A DNA stretch of 64,000 bases from an uncultured Actinomycetota bacterium. Lineage in GTDB: Bacteria > Actinomycetota > Actinomycetes > JAHEKZ01. This document shows, piece after piece, positions 47,261 to 56,302 of the stretch. Under the pieces are notes generated by a model that saw only the letters and a list, made by a program, of their open reading frames with translations, did not search any database and was not told where the DNA came from. The DNA lies in contig CAVQYR010000001.1 of the NCBI GenBank assembly GCA_963718235.1, positions 1,760,001-1,824,000 of the forward strand, in the 5' to 3' direction. The position numbers and the translations under genes were made by a program. Every line of letters begins with the position of its first letter. Position 1 is the stretch's first letter.

Positions 47261-48094
47261 TCACCCCAAAGGGACCTCGGGCTGCAGCGTGCCGACGGCG
47301 AGCAGGACGAGGACGAGGGTGCCGAGGGCGACCCGGTACCACACGAAGGGCCAGTAGGAGCGGGTGCGCACGTAGCGCAGCAGCCACCCGATGACGGCAT
47401 AGCCCACCACGAAAGCGATCACGGTCGCTGCGATGGTCTTGGGCAGGCCGGGCTCGGCGCTGGCACTGACGTCCGGCAGCTGGAACAGCCCCGAGGCGAC
47501 CACGGCCGGGATGGCCAGCAGGAAGGCGTAGCGCGTGGCAGCCTCACGCGTGTAGCCGCGGAACATGCCCAGGCTGATCGTGGCCCCCGAGCGCGACACG
47601 CCAGGGATCAGGGCCAGGGTCTGGGCCAGGCCGTACAGGACCGCGTCGGGCAGGTTGAGCCGCTCCAGCGGGAGGGTCTGTCGCCCGAACCGGTCGGCCA
47701 GCCCGAGGATCAGGCCGAAGACGATCAGGTTGAACGCGATCACCCACAGGTTGCGAAACGTCGTCTGGATCGTGCTCTCGAGCAGGACTCCGACGATGGC
47801 GATCGGGACCGTCCCGATGATCACGTACCAGCCCATCCGGGCGTCCAGGGTGCCCCGAAGGTCCGGCCGTACCAGTGAGCGGGCCCAGGTGGACCCGATC
47901 CGCCAGATGTCACGGCGGAAGAACACGATCACGGCGGCCTCGGTACCGATCTGGGTGACCGCGGTGAACGACGCTCCTGGGTCGGTCGAGCCGAACAGCT
48001 GCGGGAAGATCGCCAGGTGCGCGCTGCTCGACACGGGCAGGAACTCGGTCAGCCCTTGGAGGGCCCCCAGCAGCAGGGCCTCGATCCAGCTCAC
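47261..48094 (-). CDS. uppP: Undecaprenyl-diphosphate phosphatase
   Basis: QGLTEFLPVSSSAH and ALIPGVSRSGATI. Confidence 0.95.
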   Translation of the reverse strand: MSWIEALLLGALQGLTEFLPVSSSAHLAIFPQLFGSTDPGASFTAVTQIGTEAAVIVFFRRDIWRIGSTWARSLVRPDLRGTLDARMGWYVIIGTVPIAIVGVLLESTIQTTFRNLWVIAFNLIVFGLILGLADRFGRQTLPLERLNLPDAVLYGLAQTLALIPGVSRSGATISLGMFRGYTREAATRYAFLLAIPAVVASGLFQLPDVSASAEPGLPKTIAATVIAFVVGYAVIGWLLRYVRTRSYWPFVWYRVALGTLVLVLLAVGTLQPEVPLG

Positions 48095-48098
48095 GCGC

Positions 48099-49148
48099 CT
48101 ACTCCCCCACGCCGGACCGGTCCAGCGCCTGAGCCGCCACGCGAACGGCGTGGAGCCGCTCGTCCAGGGTCGGTGCGTACGTCTGGATGGTGAGCGTGGT
48201 GACGCCGGAGGCGGCGAAGGCCTGCATGCGGTCGGCGATCCTCTCCATCGGCCCGATCAGCGACGTGGAGTCGATGAACTCGAACGGGACCGCCGCAGCG
48301 GCCGATTCGTAGTCTCGCGCGAGGTAGCGCTCCTGGACCGCGGCAGCGGCATCTGCGTAGCCCATCCGGGTGGCCAGGGCGTGGTAGAAGTTCTGGTCCC
48401 GACTGCCCATCCCGCCGACGTAGAGGGCGGCGTACGACCGCACCGGCGCAGCGCAGGCCTCGAGGTCGTCACCGACGATGAGCGGAACGGTCGGGACGAC
48501 GTCGAAGCCGCCCAGGTCGTGGCCGGCCCTGGCCCGTCCCGCCCTGATGTGCTGCAGCGACTCCTCGGCGTGCTCCGGTGCGTAGAAGAGGGCCAACCAC
48601 CCGTCGGCGATCTCGCCGGCCAGCTCCAGGTTCTTGGGTCCCAGCGCGGCGAGGTAGATCGGCAGCCGGTCGCGCACGGGATGGACGGTGAGGCGCAGGG
48701 CCTTGCCCGGTCCGTCGGGCAGCGGGAGGGTGAAGTGCTCACCGTCGTACCGCACGACCTGTCGGGCGAGCGCCAGCCGCACGATGTCGACGTACTCGCG
48801 GGTACGGCCGAGCGGCTTGGCGAAGCGCACGCCGTGCCACCCCTCGGACACCTGCGGACCGCTCACCCCGAGCCCCAGTCGGAAGCGGCCTCCGGACAGG
48901 GTGTCCAGGGTGGCTGCGGTCATCGCGGTCAGGGCCGGGCTCCGGCCGGGGATCTGGAAGACCGCCGAGCCCACGTCGATCCGGCTCGTCTGCGCGGCGA
49001 CCCAGGCCAGCACGGTCGCGGCGTCGGACCCGTAGGCCTCGGCGGCCCAGGCCACTGCGTAGCCCAGCCGGTCGGCCTCCTGGGCGAGCACGAGGTTGTC
49101 CGCGTCGTTCGTGGATCCCCAGTACCCGAGGTTGATGCCGAGCCGCAT
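48099..49148 (-). CDS. LLM-class (probably F420-dependent) oxidoreductase
   Basis: MRLGINLGYWG, AEAYGSDA, LSGGRFRLGLGVSGPQVSEGWHG and YVGGMGS. Confidence 0.88.
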   Translation of the reverse strand: MRLGINLGYWGSTNDADNLVLAQEADRLGYAVAWAAEAYGSDAATVLAWVAAQTSRIDVGSAVFQIPGRSPALTAMTAATLDTLSGGRFRLGLGVSGPQVSEGWHGVRFAKPLGRTREYVDIVRLALARQVVRYDGEHFTLPLPDGPGKALRLTVHPVRDRLPIYLAALGPKNLELAGEIADGWLALFYAPEHAEESLQHIRAGRARAGHDLGGFDVVPTVPLIVGDDLEACAAPVRSYAALYVGGMGSRDQNFYHALATRMGYADAAAAVQERYLARDYESAAAAVPFEFIDSTSLIGPMERIADRMQAFAASGVTTLTIQTYAPTLDERLHAVRVAAQALDRSGVGE

Positions 49149-49191
49149 GGCGAGCGACTCTAGCCGTCGACTCCTCGGTACCCTCGCCGGC

Positions 49192-50184
49192 ATGCAGCAG
49201 CGACACCTCGGCGCCTCGGGGCTCACCGTGTCCCGGCTGGCCCTGGGCACGATGACCTGGGGTCGGGACACCGACGAGCACGAGGCCCGCGACCAGCTCG
49301 AGGCCTTCGTCGAGGCCGGCGGAACCCTGCTGGACACCGCCGACGTCTACGCCGACGGTGAGTCCGAGCGGGTGCTGGGACGCCTGCTCGGCGACGTCGT
49401 GCCGCGCGACGACGTGGTGGTCGCGACCAAGGCCGTGTCCATGCCCGGTACCCAGCGTCGTTTCGACGCGTCGCGGGGCCACGTGCTCGCTGCACTGGAC
49501 GCCTCGCTCCGTCGGCTGGGTGTCGACCACGTCGACCTGTGGCAGCTGCACGCCTGGGATCCCGACACCGACCTGTCGGAGACGCTGGCGGCCGCCGACG
49601 ACGCGGTGAGCAGGGGCAAGGCGCGCTACGTCGGGGTCTCCAACTACTGCGGCTGGCAGACCGCCCAGGCAGCCACCTGGCAGCGCGCGGTCCCGGCCCG
49701 CGCGCCCCTCGTGTCGACCCAGGTCGAGTACTCGCTGCTGCAGCGTGGGGTGGAGCGTGAGGTGGTCCCCGCCGCGGAGGCCCTCGGGCTGGGCATCCTG
49801 GCCTGGTCGCCCCTCGGGCGGGGAGTCCTGACCGGCAAGTACCGCACGGGCACTCCGGCTGACTCCCGCGGTGCGTCGCCCCACTTCACCGCGTTCGTCC
49901 AGCCCTACCTGACCGAGCAGGCGCGCGGGGTCGTGCACGCCGTGGTCACGGCGGCGTCGGGGCTCGGTGTCTCGCCCCTGGAGGTCGCCCTGGCCTGGGT
50001 CCGGGACCGCCCGGGTGTCACCGCCGCCGTCGTCGGCGCCCGAACGGCTGCCCAGCTGCGGGGGTCCCTGGCGGCCGAGCCACTGGAGCTGCCCGACGAG
50101 ATCCGGTCCGCCCTCGACGAGGTGTCGACTCCCGCGGTCGGCTACCCCGAGCACGGCTGGAACCAGCAGCCGCGGACCCGCTGA
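49192..50184 (+). CDS. Aldo/keto reductase
   Basis: LGASGLTVSRLALGTMTWG, DTADVY, SLRRLGVDHVDL, YVGVSN, QVEYSLL and WSPLGRG. Confidence 0.93.
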   Translation: MQQRHLGASGLTVSRLALGTMTWGRDTDEHEARDQLEAFVEAGGTLLDTADVYADGESERVLGRLLGDVVPRDDVVVATKAVSMPGTQRRFDASRGHVLAALDASLRRLGVDHVDLWQLHAWDPDTDLSETLAAADDAVSRGKARYVGVSNYCGWQTAQAATWQRAVPARAPLVSTQVEYSLLQRGVEREVVPAAEALGLGILAWSPLGRGVLTGKYRTGTPADSRGASPHFTAFVQPYLTEQARGVVHAVVTAASGLGVSPLEVALAWVRDRPGVTAAVVGARTAAQLRGSLAAEPLELPDEIRSALDEVSTPAVGYPEHGWNQQPRTR

Positions 50185-50205
50185 CCCTGGCCGCCTCGGA
50201 CGACG

Positions 50206-50391
50206 ATGACCGAGTACGAGACCTGGCGGCTGGACTTCCCGCGGGGGGCGAGCCGCGGCTCGGTGCGCCGGCTGCTCACCGAGCACGCCGAGTACGGGCG
50301 CTGGGAGCTGTGGCGGGTCAGGCTGTTCCCCGACGGTCGTCGCCAGGTGTGGCTACGTCGACGCGCCGTCCGGGTCGCCCGCACCCTCTGA
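50206..50391 (+). CDS. DUF5703-like small protein
   Basis: LTEHAEYGRWELWRVRLFPDGRRQVWLRRR. Confidence 0.8.
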   Translation: MTEYETWRLDFPRGASRGSVRRLLTEHAEYGRWELWRVRLFPDGRRQVWLRRRAVRVARTL

Positions 50392-51273
50392 GCGCGCGCG
50401 CTCGATGACCCGCTGAGGGTGCGTGTATACCGTGGCCCTTCCCTCGCGGACGAACCCGACCAGCGTGATCCCGAACTGGTCGGCGACGTCGACCGCGAGC
50501 GTGGAGGGCGCGGAGATCGCCACGACGACCGGTACGCCGGCCGCGACGGCCTTCTGCAGGATCTCGAACGACGCCCGGCTGGTCACCACGAGTGCGTGGT
50601 CGTGCAGCGGGGTCGACTCGGAGATGAGTGCGGCGCCGAGCACCTTGTCGACGGCGTTGTGCCGTCCTACGTCCTCGCGCACCCACCGTGGGTCGCCGCC
50701 GAGGGTGAAGACCCCGGCCGCATGCAGCCCACCCGTGCGGGTGAAGACGCGTTGGCGCTCTCGCATCAGGTCGGGAAGCCGCACGACGATGTCGGCGTCG
50801 ATGCTGGCCCTGCTGGTCACGGGGGCCAGACCGCGCTCGTGCAGGCTGTGCAGTGTTGCGCTGCCACACACACCGCATGCACTGGAGACGTCGGTGGTGC
50901 GCTTCACCGATGCGGCGCGCGCCGCGGCGTCGGTGCGCAGGTCGACGGTGACCACGTTGCCGCGCTCCTCGGCGGTGAGCGAGTCGTCGACGCAGGGCCG
51001 GATGCTCACGACGTCATCCGGGCCGTGCACGACCCCCTCGCCGAGCAGCCAGCCGGCGGCGAGGTCGAGGTCAGCCCCCGGCGTCCGCATCGTCACGAGC
51101 TCGGTGACGGGTCGCCCAGCGTGCTCCATCCGGATCTGCAGCGGCGCCTCAACGGCCAGCGTCTCGATCGTCGTCCGCGGCGCCGGTCCGATCCTCCGGG
51201 CTCGTACCCGCTCGCTCGAGCCGGGTCTGCGCGGGTCTCCCGCCGGGTCGTCCGGGCGTGCGTCCGAGGACAC
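50353..51273 (-). CDS. fdhD: Formate dehydrogenase accessory sulfurtransferase
   Basis: TMRTPG.D..LAAG.L..EG, SACGVCG, TGGLHAA, REDVGRHNAVDK and SAPSTLAV. Confidence 0.92.
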   Translation of the reverse strand: MSSDARPDDPAGDPRRPGSSERVRARRIGPAPRTTIETLAVEAPLQIRMEHAGRPVTELVTMRTPGADLDLAAGWLLGEGVVHGPDDVVSIRPCVDDSLTAEERGNVVTVDLRTDAAARAASVKRTTDVSSACGVCGSATLHSLHERGLAPVTSRASIDADIVVRLPDLMRERQRVFTRTGGLHAAGVFTLGGDPRWVREDVGRHNAVDKVLGAALISESTPLHDHALVVTSRASFEILQKAVAAGVPVVVAISAPSTLAVDVADQFGITLVGFVREGRATVYTHPQRVIERARSEGAGDPDGAST

Positions 51274-51276
51274 CGG

Positions 51277-52611
51277 TCAGGCCTGGTCGAGGAAGCGGTC
51301 GAGAACGCGCGCGCCGAAGGTCAGCGCGGACACCGGAACCCGCTCGTCGACCCCGTGGAACAGGTCGGCGAACCCGAGCCAGGGTGGCAGCTTCAGCGGC
51401 ACGAACCCGTAGCCGGTGATGCCGAGGGAGGTGAAGGCCTTGGCGTCGGTGCCCGCCGACAAGGTGTAGGGGACGGCGCGGGCCGCCGGGTCCTCGTCGA
51501 GCAAGCAGGCCCCGATGGCGGCGACGAGCGGTCCCTCGAACGTCGTCTCCCACGCGATGTCCTCGACCTCGTTGACCCGCTGGATGTCCGGGCCAAGGAC
51601 CTGGTCGAGCTCGGCGAGGAACTCGTCGCGGTGGCCGGGCAGGTAGCGACCGTCGACCATGGCGTGCGCCTCGCCGGGAATCACGTTCGACTTGTACCCG
51701 GCCTGCAGCATGGTCGGGTTCGCGCTGTTGCGCAGCGTCGCGCCGATCATCGGCGCGATCGGACCCAGGTGCGCGACCACCTTCTCCGGCTCGGTGTCCG
51801 GGTCCAGCCCCAGCGCAGTGCGGACCTCCGCCAGGAACGTGTCGACGGTGGGCGTGGGGGTGATCGCGAACTCGTGCCGCCCGAGTCGCGCCACGGCCTC
51901 GCTCAGCCGGGTGACCGCGTTCTCGTCGTTGACCATCGAGCCGTGCCCGGCACGGCCCTTCGCGGTGAGACGCATCCAGGCGATGCCCTTCTCCGCCGTC
52001 TCGACCAGGTAGAAGCGCAGGTCGTCGTTGACCGTGAAGCTGAAGCCCCCGACCTCACCGACGGCGTCGCTGACGCCTTCGAACAGGTCCTTGCGGTGGT
52101 CGACGAGCCAGTGCGAGCCGAACAGCCCGCCGGCCTCCTCGTCAGCGAGGAACGCCAGCACGACGTCGCGGGCCGGTTTGCGTCCGCTACGCATCCGGTG
52201 CCTGACGACCGAAAGGATCATGGCGTCCATGTCCTTCATGTCGATGGCGCCGCGCCCCCAGACCATCTCCTCCCCCGCCTCGTCCACGACCTCGGCGGAG
52301 AACGGCGGGTGGGTCCAGTCGGCCGCGTCGGCCGGGACGACGTCCAGGTGGCCATGCAGCATGAGGGCAGGTCGGGTGCGGTCCTCCCCCTCGATCCGGG
52401 CGAAGACGCTGGTCCGGCGAGGTGCCGACTCGACGAGCTCGACATCAAGCCCGACGTCGCAGAGCTGTTCGGCGACGTACTCAGCCGCGTCGCGCTCCTG
52501 GGATCTGGGGTCGTCGCCGAAGTTGGAGGTGTCGATGCGCATGAGCTCGCGGGCCAGACGCACGACGTCAGCGTCCGGTGTGGACGCCTGGTCAGGGAGG
52601 AGTGGGCTCAC
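51277..52611 (-). CDS. M20/M25/M40 family metallo-hydrolase
   Basis: LHGHLDVVPA, WGRGAIDMK, FLADEEAGG, GRAGHGS, GTDAK and FHGVDERV. Confidence 0.92.
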   Translation of the reverse strand: MSPLLPDQASTPDADVVRLARELMRIDTSNFGDDPRSQERDAAEYVAEQLCDVGLDVELVESAPRRTSVFARIEGEDRTRPALMLHGHLDVVPADAADWTHPPFSAEVVDEAGEEMVWGRGAIDMKDMDAMILSVVRHRMRSGRKPARDVVLAFLADEEAGGLFGSHWLVDHRKDLFEGVSDAVGEVGGFSFTVNDDLRFYLVETAEKGIAWMRLTAKGRAGHGSMVNDENAVTRLSEAVARLGRHEFAITPTPTVDTFLAEVRTALGLDPDTEPEKVVAHLGPIAPMIGATLRNSANPTMLQAGYKSNVIPGEAHAMVDGRYLPGHRDEFLAELDQVLGPDIQRVNEVEDIAWETTFEGPLVAAIGACLLDEDPAARAVPYTLSAGTDAKAFTSLGITGYGFVPLKLPPWLGFADLFHGVDERVPVSALTFGARVLDRFLDQA

Positions 52612-52691
52612 GACGCCTATGGTGCCCCACCGGGGCGGTTGGTCGGGGGGTTGGCCCGTTGGTATCCTCACCGGGCCGGTACGCCGGTGGA

Positions 52692-52778
52692 GTCCGGGTG
52701 GCGGAATTTGGTAGACGCGCTAGCTTGAGGTGCTAGTGCCCTTTATCGGGCGTGGGGGTTCAAGTCCCCCCTCGGACA
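52692..52778 (+). tRNA. tRNA-Leu (anticodon GAG), long variable arm, CCA not encoded
   Basis: Acceptor stem GTCCGGG/CTCGGAC plus discriminator A; D-arm GGCGGAATTTGGTAGACGC; anticodon arm CTAGC-TTGAGGT-GCTAG; T-arm GGGGG-TTCAAGT-CCCCC. Confidence 0.95.
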
Positions 52779-52787
52779 CCCGATCGA

Positions 52788-52818
52788 ACCCCTCGACCAG
52801 CGTCTAGGGTCGGGGGGT
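52788..52818 (+). terminator. GC-rich hairpin after tRNA-Leu (probable terminator or processing stem)
   Basis: ACCCCTCGACC pairs with GGTCGGGGGGT (11 bp, one G-U); no U-tract. Confidence 0.55.
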
Positions 52819-53404
52819 GCCTCATGTCGACGCCTCGGACAGCGTCCTGGTCGTCATCGACGCCCAGGACGGCTTCTACCCGGACTCCCGGACCGATGTC
52901 GACCAGGCCGCCAAGTCGGCGGTGCTGGACCGGGTCGCCTGGGTGTGTGCGGTCGGCGTCGCCCTCGGTCTGCCGGTCGTCGTCACCGAGGAGGACGCGG
53001 ATGTCAACGGTCCGACCGCACCGCAGATCGCCCGGCGACTTCCCGACCGGACGCCGGTGCTGGTGAAGTCCGTGTTCGGCGCAGCCGACAACCCGGAGAT
53101 CGAGTGCGCAGTGAACGACACCGGACGGTCGTCCGTCGTCCTCCTGGGGATGGAGACCGACGTGTGCGTCGCTCACTCCGCGATCGGATTCCAGGCGCGT
53201 GGCCTGCGCGTCATCGTGGTCCACGACGCAGTGTTCTCCGCCGGCCCCGCCCACGGGCACGGCCTGGCCCGGTTGCGGCAGGAGGGAGTCGAGCTGCTGT
53301 CGGCGAAGGAGCTGTACTACGAGTGGCTGCGCGACCTTCCGAGTGTTCGGGCCTTCGACGAGGCCAACCCCGATCTGACCCAGCCGCCCGGCTTCTCCCT
53401 CTAG
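52817..53404 (+). CDS. Isochorismatase/cysteine hydrolase family protein
   Basis: LVVIDAQ, VKSVFGA and GMETDVCV (Asp-Lys-Cys triad). Confidence 0.88.
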   Translation: MPHVDASDSVLVVIDAQDGFYPDSRTDVDQAAKSAVLDRVAWVCAVGVALGLPVVVTEEDADVNGPTAPQIARRLPDRTPVLVKSVFGAADNPEIECAVNDTGRSSVVLLGMETDVCVAHSAIGFQARGLRVIVVHDAVFSAGPAHGHGLARLRQEGVELLSAKELYYEWLRDLPSVRAFDEANPDLTQPPGFSL

Positions 53405-53472
53405 GGATCGTCACGTGGTCGATGGCCCCGAGGGGCCGGGACCGATGGGGCCGTCACTACGAGGAGGACCAC

Positions 53473-54294
53473 GTGCCGCTGCACCAAGCGTCGGAGGCGA
53501 TGCTGCACTACGAACAGGTGGGGGAAGGCCCGGACATCGTCTGGGTGTCCGGCGGCGGGGGTCTGGCCAGCGACTGGGACCCGTACCAGCTGCCGTTCTT
53601 CCGGCCCGACTTCCGCAACACCACCTTCGACAACCGAGGGATCGGGACGACGCGCTGCGACCGCCCCCAGCCCTGGCCGCTTCAGAACTTCGCGCGCGAC
53701 ACCGCTGAGCTCATCGCGGCGGTGTGCAGCCCTCCGGTAGCGCTGGTCGGCATCTCGTTCGGCGCTGCGATCGTGCAGCAGGTCGCCATCGACCGGCCCG
53801 ACCTCGTGCGGTGCGCGGTGGTCATGGGCACGGGAGCCCGCAGTGTGGGCTGGGGGTGGGACTTCCAGAAGGCCGAGATCGACTACCGCAAGGAGGGTGG
53901 CCGCCTCGACGGCATGATGGCCGTGACCCACTACGCGGCGATGCTGTACCCGGCCCGCGTGCTCGGCGACCGCGAGCTGTGGCCCAGGCTCAGGCAAGAG
54001 CTGTCCGACTGGCTGGCTACTGACGCCAACGAGGAGTCCCTGATCCCCCAGTGGGAGTCCTGTCTCCTCTACGACCAGACAGCGCACCTGCCCACCTGCC
54101 AGGTGCCGATGCACGTGGTCGCCTTCGCCGAGGACGTCCAGGCTCCGCCCCAGGACGGCGAGGAGCTGGCTGAGCTGGCGGGCAACAGCGAGTTCCACCT
54201 GTTCGAGGGGATGGGCCACGGGTCGATCTACGGGCACACCCACGACGAGCTGAACGCCTTCATCAGGGCCACGGTCGAGCGCTACCTCCCCTGA
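53473..54294 (+). CDS. Alpha/beta fold hydrolase
   Basis: FDNRGIG, nucleophile elbow VGISFG, EDVQAPP and GMGHG; GAGGAGG RBS. Confidence 0.88.
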   Translation: MPLHQASEAMLHYEQVGEGPDIVWVSGGGGLASDWDPYQLPFFRPDFRNTTFDNRGIGTTRCDRPQPWPLQNFARDTAELIAAVCSPPVALVGISFGAAIVQQVAIDRPDLVRCAVVMGTGARSVGWGWDFQKAEIDYRKEGGRLDGMMAVTHYAAMLYPARVLGDRELWPRLRQELSDWLATDANEESLIPQWESCLLYDQTAHLPTCQVPMHVVAFAEDVQAPPQDGEELAELAGNSEFHLFEGMGHGSIYGHTHDELNAFIRATVERYLP

Positions 54295-54367
54295 TCGGGG
54301 CGGGGCCGGTCCCGGCGTGTACGTTCGGCTGGCCGCCATCTGGGACGACGCACCGAGGAGCCGCCGC

Positions 54368-54661
54368 ATGACCGAGGCACGTGACGAGACCACGCCCGTC
54401 CACCTGAACAACCACCACCGCAACACCCTGGCCGCGCTCTTCGCGCACCCGACCAGTCACAACGTCCGTTGGGTGGATGTGGTGTCCCTGCTCGGGGCGC
54501 TGGGCACGGTCGAGGACCGCCACGACGGGAAGGTCAAGGTCACCGTAGGCGCGGGCACCGCGTTCTTCGAGACCCCCCGCGACCACAACGCCGGGGTCGA
54601 ACAGATCGTCGAGCTGCGTCACCTTCTGGGCGACGCCGGCTACGCCCCCGAACGAGACTGA
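54368..54661 (+). CDS. HicA-like small protein (97 aa) without an adjacent HicB
   Basis: HRNTLAALFAHPTSHNVRWVDVVSLLGALG resembles the N-terminus of long HicA proteins; GAGGAG RBS. Confidence 0.6.
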   Translation: MTEARDETTPVHLNNHHRNTLAALFAHPTSHNVRWVDVVSLLGALGTVEDRHDGKVKVTVGAGTAFFETPRDHNAGVEQIVELRHLLGDAGYAPERD

Positions 54662-54701
54662 CCCCCACCGCTGGGGCGCGGCAGGGGTCAGAGAGGTCCA
54701 G

Positions 54702-54797
54702 TCATCGAAGGTGACGGGTCCGCTTCGGCTGACGACGGTTGCGGGTGGGCTTGTTCTGGGCGGCGTCCCAGGCTGCAGGGAGCCAGAGGCTGATCAC
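54702..54797 (-). CDS. Unannotated 31-aa small ORF MISLWLPAAWDAAQNKPTRNRRQPKRTRHLR
   Basis: GTG 54797 is preceded by GAAGGA at 5 nt spacing; divergent from TetR; fills otherwise empty intergenic space. Confidence 0.45.
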   Translation of the reverse strand: MISLWLPAAWDAAQNKPTRNRRQPKRTRHLR

Positions 54798-54856
54798 GGT
54801 GGTCCTTCTTCCCTCGCGTCCTTGTGGACGCTTTCGTATCGGTTTACGATATGAGT

Positions 54857-55510
54857 ATGCCTGACCCGGTTCGGCCTGGCAAGTCGACCCCGCCTGCGAT
54901 GCCGCGTCGGAGCCGTTCCCCGGAGCGGGACCGACCGCTGCTGCTGCGGGCCACGCGGCGGGTGGCCGCCCGCCGGGGCTACGACGCGACCCGGTTCGCC
55001 GACGTGGCGGCGGCCACTGGAGTGCCGATCAGCTCGCTCCAGTACTACTTCGGCACCCGTGACCGACTCGTCCGCGAGGCGATCACCGACGGCGCCCTCG
55101 GCGAGCTCAGCCGGCTCGAGCACCAGGTGGCACCGCTGACCGACCCCCGCGAGCGGCTGCACGCCGTGATCGCCTCGATGATCTCGATGGACGACGAGGA
55201 GCGCCGCGAGGGATGGCTGGTCTGGATGGAGTTCTGGCGCACCGCGATGCGCGACCCCGAGCTCTCCGTGGCCTGCGTCGACGTGCTGGGCCGGTGGCGC
55301 GGGTTCCTCGCCGCGATCATCGACGATGGGCGGCAGTCAGGAGTCTTCGCCTACGACGGCTCCACCGAGGATGCCGTGACCGAGCTGATGGCGCTGCTCG
55401 ACGGTCTGGGCATCCCCTTGGCACTGGGGCACGACTACTGCGACGAGCCTCGAGCCATCGAGATAGCGAAGCGCGCGGCGGAGCGGATGCTCCGGCCGCG
55501 CGCTTCGTAG
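54857..55510 (+). CDS. TetR/AcrR family regulator (BetI-like C-terminus)
   Basis: RRGYDATRFADVAAATGVPISSLQYYFGTRDRL HTH, WMEFW and MALLDGL; -10 TACGAT 6 nt before ATG 54857. Confidence 0.92.
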   Translation: MPDPVRPGKSTPPAMPRRSRSPERDRPLLLRATRRVAARRGYDATRFADVAAATGVPISSLQYYFGTRDRLVREAITDGALGELSRLEHQVAPLTDPRERLHAVIASMISMDDEERREGWLVWMEFWRTAMRDPELSVACVDVLGRWRGFLAAIIDDGRQSGVFAYDGSTEDAVTELMALLDGLGIPLALGHDYCDEPRAIEIAKRAAERMLRPRAS

Positions 55511-55540
55511 TGCTGCCGCGTCTTGCGAGCCCAGGCGGTC

Positions 55541-56233
55541 TCAGGCGGCGGGGGTCTCCCCCACCAAGGTGCGGTAGACGTAGGCGTGGGCGGTCCAGGT
55601 GAGCGGGATCGTCAAGAGCAGACCGACACCGCAGAGCAGTGCGCCCAGGAAGTTGATCAGCATCATCACGATGTACAGGCCGACCAGCCCCCAGAAGTTC
55701 TTCAACGAGAGGTCCCAGCTCGCCTTCAGCGAGTCGATCGCTCCGGCGTTCTTGTCGAGCACGAAGTAGGCGAAGAATCCAAGGAGCACGGCGAGGACGA
55801 GCCCCGGCAGGATGCACAGGATGTAGCCGATGCCGATAGCGATCCCGGCCAGGATGGCCGCGACCACGTAGGCGCCGAGGTTGTCGGTCTTGAACAGCTC
55901 CCCCACCGAGGGCTTCTCGCCGGCCGTCACGGCCAGGGCCAACCGGTAGACCCCTAGGGCGACGACGAAGGCGACCACGATGGACAGCGCCGACACCACC
56001 AAGGACATGAACCAGTTGTCCGCGAACGGACTCGCGATCACGTACAGGGCGATCTGCACGAGCAGCAGGACCAGGACCACCACGACCCAGGAACCGAAGT
56101 ACTGAAGGGTCTTGCTCCAGCCGTAGCTGATGGCGGCTCCGATGTCGACCCGTGGCTGACCGCCCGACGGCCCTCCTGCGGGAACAGCCGGAGGCGGCGG
56201 TGGGGGCGGGGGCGGAACAGGGACGTCGGACAT
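55541..56233 (-). CDS. Proline-rich integral membrane protein
   Basis: Poly-Pro N-terminus, DIGAAISYGW, LCILPGL, AIDSLKASW and LLCGVGLLLTIP. Confidence 0.8.
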   Translation of the reverse strand: MSDVPVPPPPPPPPPAVPAGGPSGGQPRVDIGAAISYGWSKTLQYFGSWVVVVLVLLLVQIALYVIASPFADNWFMSLVVSALSIVVAFVVALGVYRLALAVTAGEKPSVGELFKTDNLGAYVVAAILAGIAIGIGYILCILPGLVLAVLLGFFAYFVLDKNAGAIDSLKASWDLSLKNFWGLVGLYIVMMLINFLGALLCGVGLLLTIPLTWTAHAYVYRTLVGETPAA

Positions 56234-56302
56234 GGAAATCCTCCAAGTAGGCGTTCGACCGTCAGGGGCAGCCTGCCAGATCCCTCGCCGAGGGTGCGGT
56301 TC

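Noticed and set aside
50353-50391. 39-bp convergent overlap of fdhD and the DUF5703-like gene
   Set aside because: Short 3' overlaps are common in compact high-GC genomes and both proteins look intact.
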